Shown piece by piece: positions 58,840 through 64,000 of a stretch of DNA of 64,000 nt. Position 1 is the first letter of the stretch, and the number at the start of each line of letters is the position of its first letter. The position numbers and the translations under genes were made by a program. The notes beneath the pieces are model-generated. The model did not search any database and was not told the origin of the DNA. It saw nothing but the letters and a program-made list of their open reading frames with translations. Source of the stretch: Alphaproteobacteria bacterium (GTDB taxonomy: Bacteria; Pseudomonadota; Alphaproteobacteria; Bin95); NCBI GenBank assembly GCA_963665325.3, contig CAXXWS020000002.1, forward strand, positions 672,001 to 736,000, in the 5' to 3' direction.

Positions 58840-59733
58840 GTGGCGCGGGCGGAAGCGAACGGGATCGAAATCGAATACGAGCTTCGGGGGCCGGCGGACG
58901 GCGAGCCGATCCTGATGATCGGCGGGCTCGGCATGCAGCTCATCTCCTGGCCGGACGCGCTGATCGACGGGCTCGGCGAGGCGGGCTTCCGGCCCATCCT
59001 GTTCGACAACCGCGACTGCGGGCTTTCCACGCGCTTCGAGGAGGCCGGACTTGCGAATATCGGCCGGGCCTTCAAGCAGGCTCGGGCGGGCGAGCCCGTG
59101 GACGCCCCCTATGCCATCGAGGATATGGCCGACGATGCGGCAGGGCTACTGGATGCGCTCGGCATCGGGGCGGCGCACATCTATGGCAGCTCCAATGGCG
59201 GGGCCATCGCGCAGCTGGTGGCGATTCGCTATCCGGCGAAGACGAAATCCCTGGTCTCCGTCATGGCGACTTCGGGCCGCCGGGGATTGCCGCGGCCGAG
59301 CAAGGCGGCTTCGGATTGGCTGAACGCACCGCGCCCGGCGGATATCGACCGCGAGACCTTCATGGAATTCGCCTGGGAGCAGAACCGGATCATGGGCTCG
59401 CCAGGCTATCCGCGCGACGAGGCCGGCATTAGGGCCCGCGCCGGCGCGCTGTACGACCGCGCCTATTATCCCCCCGGCCACAGCCGGCACCTGTTGGCGA
59501 GCATCGCTTCCGGCGACAGCCGCTGCGCCGCGCTCGGCGGCATCGCGGCGCCCACGGTCGTCATCCACGGTGCCGACGACCCGCTGGTCCCTGTAGGGCA
59601 GGGCGAGGACGTGAAGAACTCGATCCCCGGCGCGCGCATGGTCGTCATCGACGGCATGGGCCACGACGTGCCCGACGGCGCGGCGCCGCTGGTCGTCGAG
59701 GCGGTGGCCGGGAACGCCCGGCGCGTGGGCTGA
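58840..59733 (+). CDS. alpha/beta hydrolase
   Basis: NGIEIEYE, FDNRDCGLS, GSSNGG, IHGADDPLV and GMGHD. Confidence 0.88.
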   Translation: MARAEANGIEIEYELRGPADGEPILMIGGLGMQLISWPDALIDGLGEAGFRPILFDNRDCGLSTRFEEAGLANIGRAFKQARAGEPVDAPYAIEDMADDAAGLLDALGIGAAHIYGSSNGGAIAQLVAIRYPAKTKSLVSVMATSGRRGLPRPSKAASDWLNAPRPADIDRETFMEFAWEQNRIMGSPGYPRDEAGIRARAGALYDRAYYPPGHSRHLLASIASGDSRCAALGGIAAPTVVIHGADDPLVPVGQGEDVKNSIPGARMVVIDGMGHDVPDGAAPLVVEAVAGNARRVG

Positions 59734-59737
59734 CGGC

Positions 59738-60220
59738 TTAGAAGGCCAGCGCCCGGCGCATCAGGTCGAGCGCGGCTTCGGCGAAACGCCACATATTGGC
59801 CTCGCGGTCGGCATCGCCCGTTTCCAGCGTCTCGGCGAAGTCGATGGCGCCGGAGACCGCGAGGCAGCTATGCCCCGGCGCGTCGCCGTAGCGGTTGCCG
59901 TCCGGTCCGGCCGCGCCTGTCTCCGCGAGGCCCCAGTCCGTGCCGAAGATGGTTCGGGCGCGGCGCGACAGCAATTGCGCATAGGGTTCGGACGAAGACC
60001 GGATGCCGCGCATGTCGGCCTCGCCGATCCGCGCCAGCTCGCTCCGCGCGGCCTGCGTGTAGATCACGCCGCCGCCCTGGTAGTAGCGGCTGGCCCCCGG
60101 CACGGCGAGCAGCGCCGCCGACACCAGGCCGCCGGAAGAGCTCTCGAAAATGGCGATCGTCTCGCCGCGTTCCTTCAGCTTCGCGCCGATCTCTGCGGCC
60201 ATGCCTTCCAGTCGGGCCAT
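59738..60220 (-). CDS. CinA C-terminal/PncC family protein
   Basis: ESSSGGL...PGASRYY.GG and ETGAAGP. Confidence 0.85.
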   Translation of the reverse strand: MARLEGMAAEIGAKLKERGETIAIFESSSGGLVSAALLAVPGASRYYQGGGVIYTQAARSELARIGEADMRGIRSSSEPYAQLLSRRARTIFGTDWGLAETGAAGPDGNRYGDAPGHSCLAVSGAIDFAETLETGDADREANMWRFAEAALDLMRRALAF

Positions 60221-60224
60221 GTCC

Positions 60225-61613
60225 TCAATATCCCTCCGGCGTGCGGTGGTGCCAGTCCGTCGCCTGTTCGTAGGCCCAGCCTATCCGGAGCGCCAGCGCC
60301 TCGTCCCCGTCGCGGGTGTTGACCAGAAGCGAGGTCGGCATGCCGGCCCGGGTGAAGCCGTTGCGCATGGCGAGACCGGTCAGGCCCAGATAGTTGCCCA
60401 TGCGGGTCACGGTTGCGGGCGTCTGCTTCTGGTCCACCTCGGCGACCGGGATTGCCGCGAAGCGGGCCGTCGGCGTCAGCAGCGCGTCGATGCCGTCCAT
60501 CGCTTCGTCGAAGGCTGCCATGACCGCCTGGCGGTCGATCAGGGTGGCCACATAGTCGCGGGCGGAAAGCCGTCCGCCGGCGGCCACGCGCGGCTTTACA
60601 TCGGGATCGAGCTGCTGTTCGTCGTTGTCCACCACGTCCTTCAGGTGGGTGTAGCTCTCCGCACCGATGATGTTGGCGACCGGTTCCGCAAAGTCCGCCA
60701 TGGCGCGCGGCATGGCGATATCCACGATATGTGCGCCCAGTTCCTCGAACGCGGCGAGTGCGGCGTCGTAGGCCGCCAGCACCTCGGCGTCGAAGCCCGG
60801 CCGCTCGGAGTCCGGCATGCGGGCGAGGCGCAGGCCTGTTACGCCCCGGCGCAGGCCGGAGGTCGCGTCCGCGGGCGCCAGCCGGCGGGTCTTCCGGTCG
60901 CGCGGGTCAGCCCCCTGCATAGCCTCCAGCAGCCAGGCGCAGTCCTCGACAGCCCGGGCGAGCGGCCCCGGCGTGTCGAGCGTGTGGGAGAGCGGCAGCA
61001 CGCCGTGGGTGCTGATCCGCCCGACCGAGGTCTTGAGGCCGGCCGTGCCGCAAAAGGCCGCCGGCAGGCGCACCGAGCCGCCGGTATCGGTGCCGATGCC
61101 GCAGGGGATGAGCCCGGCGCCGACGCCCGCGCCGGTGCCGCTCGACGAGCCGCCGGGGATGCGGTGCGTATCCCGGTCCCAGGGGTTCCAGGGGGTGCCG
61201 AGCGAGTTGTTCGTGCCCCAGCCGCCATAGGCGAACTCGACCGTGTGGGTCTTGCCGACCACGATCATGCCGGCGGCGCGCAGCCGCTCGACCAGTGTGG
61301 CGGTCGTGGGCGAAATGCGTTCCTTCCAGATGGCGGCCCCGCCGGTGGTGACGCGGCCTTCCATGTCGCAAAGGTCTTTCACGCCGATGGGGATGCCGTG
61401 CAGCGGGCCGATGCGATGCCCGGAGCGAATCGCCCGGTGCGCGGCCTCGGCGGCCTCGCGCGCCTCGTCGGCATAGACGGCGGCGAAGGCATGGAGCTTC
61501 GGATCGAGGCTGGCAATCCGGTCGAGGCAGGTTTCCGTCACCTCGACGGGCGACAGCCGCCCGGCTGCGATCTCGGGGGCAAGCTCGTGGATCGGGGCGA
61601 AGGGGTCCGACAT
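60225..61613 (-). CDS. amidase signature family protein
   Basis: GVKD, PGGSSSG and GTDTGGSVRLPA. Confidence 0.92.
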   Translation of the reverse strand: MSDPFAPIHELAPEIAAGRLSPVEVTETCLDRIASLDPKLHAFAAVYADEAREAAEAAHRAIRSGHRIGPLHGIPIGVKDLCDMEGRVTTGGAAIWKERISPTTATLVERLRAAGMIVVGKTHTVEFAYGGWGTNNSLGTPWNPWDRDTHRIPGGSSSGTGAGVGAGLIPCGIGTDTGGSVRLPAAFCGTAGLKTSVGRISTHGVLPLSHTLDTPGPLARAVEDCAWLLEAMQGADPRDRKTRRLAPADATSGLRRGVTGLRLARMPDSERPGFDAEVLAAYDAALAAFEELGAHIVDIAMPRAMADFAEPVANIIGAESYTHLKDVVDNDEQQLDPDVKPRVAAGGRLSARDYVATLIDRQAVMAAFDEAMDGIDALLTPTARFAAIPVAEVDQKQTPATVTRMGNYLGLTGLAMRNGFTRAGMPTSLLVNTRDGDEALALRIGWAYEQATDWHHRTPEGY

Positions 61614-61752
61614 GGAACGGGGTCTCCTGATGGCGCGAGTGATGTGCAGGATAGGGTCATCGCCGTCCCGGAGCGAGCCGCGCCCGGTATGGCGTCGGCG
61701 ATGCGGCGGGGATAGCATCGCAGCGGAAGGACGGAGCGGGGGAGAAGAGGCC

Positions 61753-62910
61753 ATGGCGGCATCGTTGAACGGCAAGGCGGCGGTCGTGGGGATCGGCGAG
61801 ACGGCCTATCTGCGCGGATCGGACAAGAGCGCGCTGGCGCTGCAATTGGAAGCGTCGCTCAGGGCGATAGAGGATGCAGGCCTGGAGCCGAAGGATATCG
61901 ACGGCATTCTGCCCTATGCCTCGGGCGCGGCCGTCGCCGAGGACTTCATCACCAATTTCGGCCTGGAGGACGTGACCTTCTCGGCGACTACGCCGATGGG
62001 CGGGGCGAGTTGCGTGGCTGCGATTCAGGCGGCGGCGGTCGCCGTGGCGACAGGCCTTTGCCGAAATGTGCTGTTGCCGATCGGGCGGCGCGGCTATTCG
62101 GACTCGCGGGTGGCGTCGCGGGTTGCCGCCATGCCGCAATTCCACGTCGTCTCCGAGTTCGAAACGCCTTCCGGAACCATCGCCCCGGCGCAGCTCTACG
62201 CCCCAATGGCGCGTCGCCACATGGAGCTTTACGGCACGACGGCGGACCAGTTTGCGGAAGTCGCCGTCACTATGCGCCGGCACGCCGTGCTGAACGACAA
62301 TGCCATCATGCAGAAGCCGATGACCGTCGAGGACCATCACGCATCGCGGATGATCTGCGACCCCTACCGGCTCTTCGACTGCTGCTTGGAGAGCGACGGC
62401 GGCGCGGCGATCGTGATCTCCGGCGCCGAGCGCGCGGCCGACACGCGCCGCCCGGTTCCGATCATGGGCGTGGCCGAAGGCCACCCCGACTCGCCGAGCG
62501 TCATCACCCAGCGTCCGGAGATCACGCGCCTCGGGCTTGCCAAGGCCGCGCCACGCGCCTTCGGCATGGCCGGCGTGCGCCCCGAGGATGTGGATGTCGC
62601 GGAGGTGTATGATTGCTTCACCTGGACGGTGATCTGCCAGTTGGAGGATTTGGGCTTCTGCGCCAAGGGTGAGGGCGGCGCTTTCATCGAGGGCGGGCGG
62701 ATCGGCCTCGACGGGGCGCTGCCGGTCAACACGCATGGCGGCCTGCTCAGCCAGGCGCATATCGTCGGCATGAACCATGTCTGCGAACTGGTGAAGCAGA
62801 TGCGCGGCGAGGCGGGCCGGGCGCAGGTGGCGGACGCCGAAGTCGGCCTCGTGACCGGCTACGGAGACCTCGGCGACGGCTCGCTCGCGATCATCGGAGC
62901 GGCGGCGTGA
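61753..62910 (+). CDS. SCP2-type/Ltp2-like thiolase family protein
   Basis: FDCCLESDGG, EVYDCF and NTHGGLLS; paired with DUF35. Confidence 0.88.
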   Translation: MAASLNGKAAVVGIGETAYLRGSDKSALALQLEASLRAIEDAGLEPKDIDGILPYASGAAVAEDFITNFGLEDVTFSATTPMGGASCVAAIQAAAVAVATGLCRNVLLPIGRRGYSDSRVASRVAAMPQFHVVSEFETPSGTIAPAQLYAPMARRHMELYGTTADQFAEVAVTMRRHAVLNDNAIMQKPMTVEDHHASRMICDPYRLFDCCLESDGGAAIVISGAERAADTRRPVPIMGVAEGHPDSPSVITQRPEITRLGLAKAAPRAFGMAGVRPEDVDVAEVYDCFTWTVICQLEDLGFCAKGEGGAFIEGGRIGLDGALPVNTHGGLLSQAHIVGMNHVCELVKQMRGEAGRAQVADAEVGLVTGYGDLGDGSLAIIGAAA

Positions 62911-63332
62911 GCGGCGCCGCGACCGAATTGAACCCCGCGCGCCCGGCGCCGGAGCCCACCATCGACTCGAAACCCTATTGGGACGGGCTGAAGGAACGCC
63001 GCCTGCTGCTCCAGCAATGCGGCGACTGCGGCCTGGTCCGCCACTACCCCCGCCCGATGTGCGCCGACTGCCATTCGCTGGAGGTGGGCTGGATCGAGTC
63101 CTCCCGCCAGGGCCGGCTCTATAGCTGGACGGAGGTCCACCATCCCTTCGTGCCCGGCTTCCGCGGCGAAATCCCCTATGTCATGGCCACCGTCGAACTG
63201 GAGGAAGGCGTTCGCCTCCAGTGCCAGATGCTCGACGCCGCCTCGGCGGGCCTCAGGCTCGACCTGCCGGTGGAGATCGTCTTCCGGGAAGTGCAGGACG
63301 GTTTGGTGCTGCCCTTTGCGCAAGCAGCGTGA
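62907..63332 (+). CDS. DUF35 Zn-ribbon/OB-fold protein
   Basis: CGDC...CADC and PYVMATVELEEG. Confidence 0.88.
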   Translation: MSGAATELNPARPAPEPTIDSKPYWDGLKERRLLLQQCGDCGLVRHYPRPMCADCHSLEVGWIESSRQGRLYSWTEVHHPFVPGFRGEIPYVMATVELEEGVRLQCQMLDAASAGLRLDLPVEIVFREVQDGLVLPFAQAA

Positions 63333-63848
63333 GTGCGGTCTGTATTGAGACGGTAATCACCTGACAGTCAGGCTGGCGTCGGCGCGCGACCGTCAAGAGT
63401 CGTGCGTCCGATGATGCGGATGTGCTCGTCGAGCAGGGTATGGCGCAAGCGTTCGGCGAAGCCGTGTCGCCGGGGCCTTCGCGGTGCGGTGCCCGGTCTC
63501 TTCCGGCTGGAGGAGGAACTTGCAGGGGTGGCGGAGAACGGGAGGTGCAGAAAGGAGGATGCGGGGCTTGAAATAGGAAAATAGAGCTGTATATGCTTGC
63601 GGAACGGAAGCGCTGGGGAGGGGACGCCATGAAACGAGCGGATTACGGGTGCGGGTAGCGGCGGTTCCGCCGGTGGCGGGGCATGCAATCTGGGGCGATT
63701 GTCGGCGCCGGTTGGCGCGCCGGGCAGGTGCGCCCGGCGTGCCGGTTGTTGCGTTCAGCCTGGCGCCCGGCGTTCGGGGCGGACGGCCAGCTTGACTGCG
63801 ACGAAGGCGCCGCGGCGGAAAAAATTTTCAGTTTTTGTTCTCCAGAGC

Positions 63849-63943
63849 CTTGACCACGAAAATTCGATGCTACAATGGGGTTGAAGTGGCGGCTTGTCCC
63901 GGTCCGGGGCGGCCGCCTTTTCCGTTTCGCTGTTTGACATTGT
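63849..63943 (+). promoter_or_regulatory. promoter-like motif followed by GC hairpin and BoxA-like sequence
   Basis: CTTGAC...TGCTACAATGG, then a GGCGGC...GCCGCC-TTTT hairpin, then GCTGTTTGACATTGT. Confidence 0.3.
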
Positions 63944-64000
63944 GGGACCTGCCGGGGAAAGCCGGGGGAGGTGCGCGTGCGCTTGCCGGGGGCAGCCCAG

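Noticed and set aside
63340-64000. Coding or rRNA/tRNA gene at the window end
   Set aside because: Short ORFs lack motifs and no structured RNA gene is recognisable; only a weak promoter/BoxA-like signal was kept.

Overview
GC-rich bacterial chromosomal window, most likely alphaproteobacterial (rpsF-rpsR-DUF2232-rplI divergent from fabD; DUF1491; TTT and taurine-type transporters). The backbone is catabolic. It holds an aerobic benzoyl-CoA (box) cluster in which no canonical boxA is visible, with a flavodoxin and an FprA/adrenodoxin-reductase-type gene instead. It also carries a squalene/phytoene synthase, hydantoinase A, GMC oxidoreductase, sulfatase, tauABC-like ABC transporter, tctCBA, fused FO synthase (fbiC), ribosomal genes, tandem cfa paralogs and CoA enzymes. 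The main discovery is a 16.5-kb integrative element (22625-39142) bounded by a 10-bp direct repeat, ACACCAGCAC. It splits a TauD-family dioxygenase gene, and removing it in silico restores an uninterrupted 269-aa ORF. The element carries two tandem intact tyrosine recombinases and an AT-rich ~2200-aa Calx-beta-like/autotransporter-like surface protein that is out of frame at a C14 tract (candidate phase variation). It also carries a SLAM/T11SS + two-lobed TbpB-like lipoprotein pair, an 18x7-bp VNTR, two RHH/MobC-like genes and an array of seven 20-bp quasi-palindromes plus hairpins near its right end. Family assignments come from reading motifs by eye; no searches were run. No rRNA, tRNA or CRISPR array was recognised.
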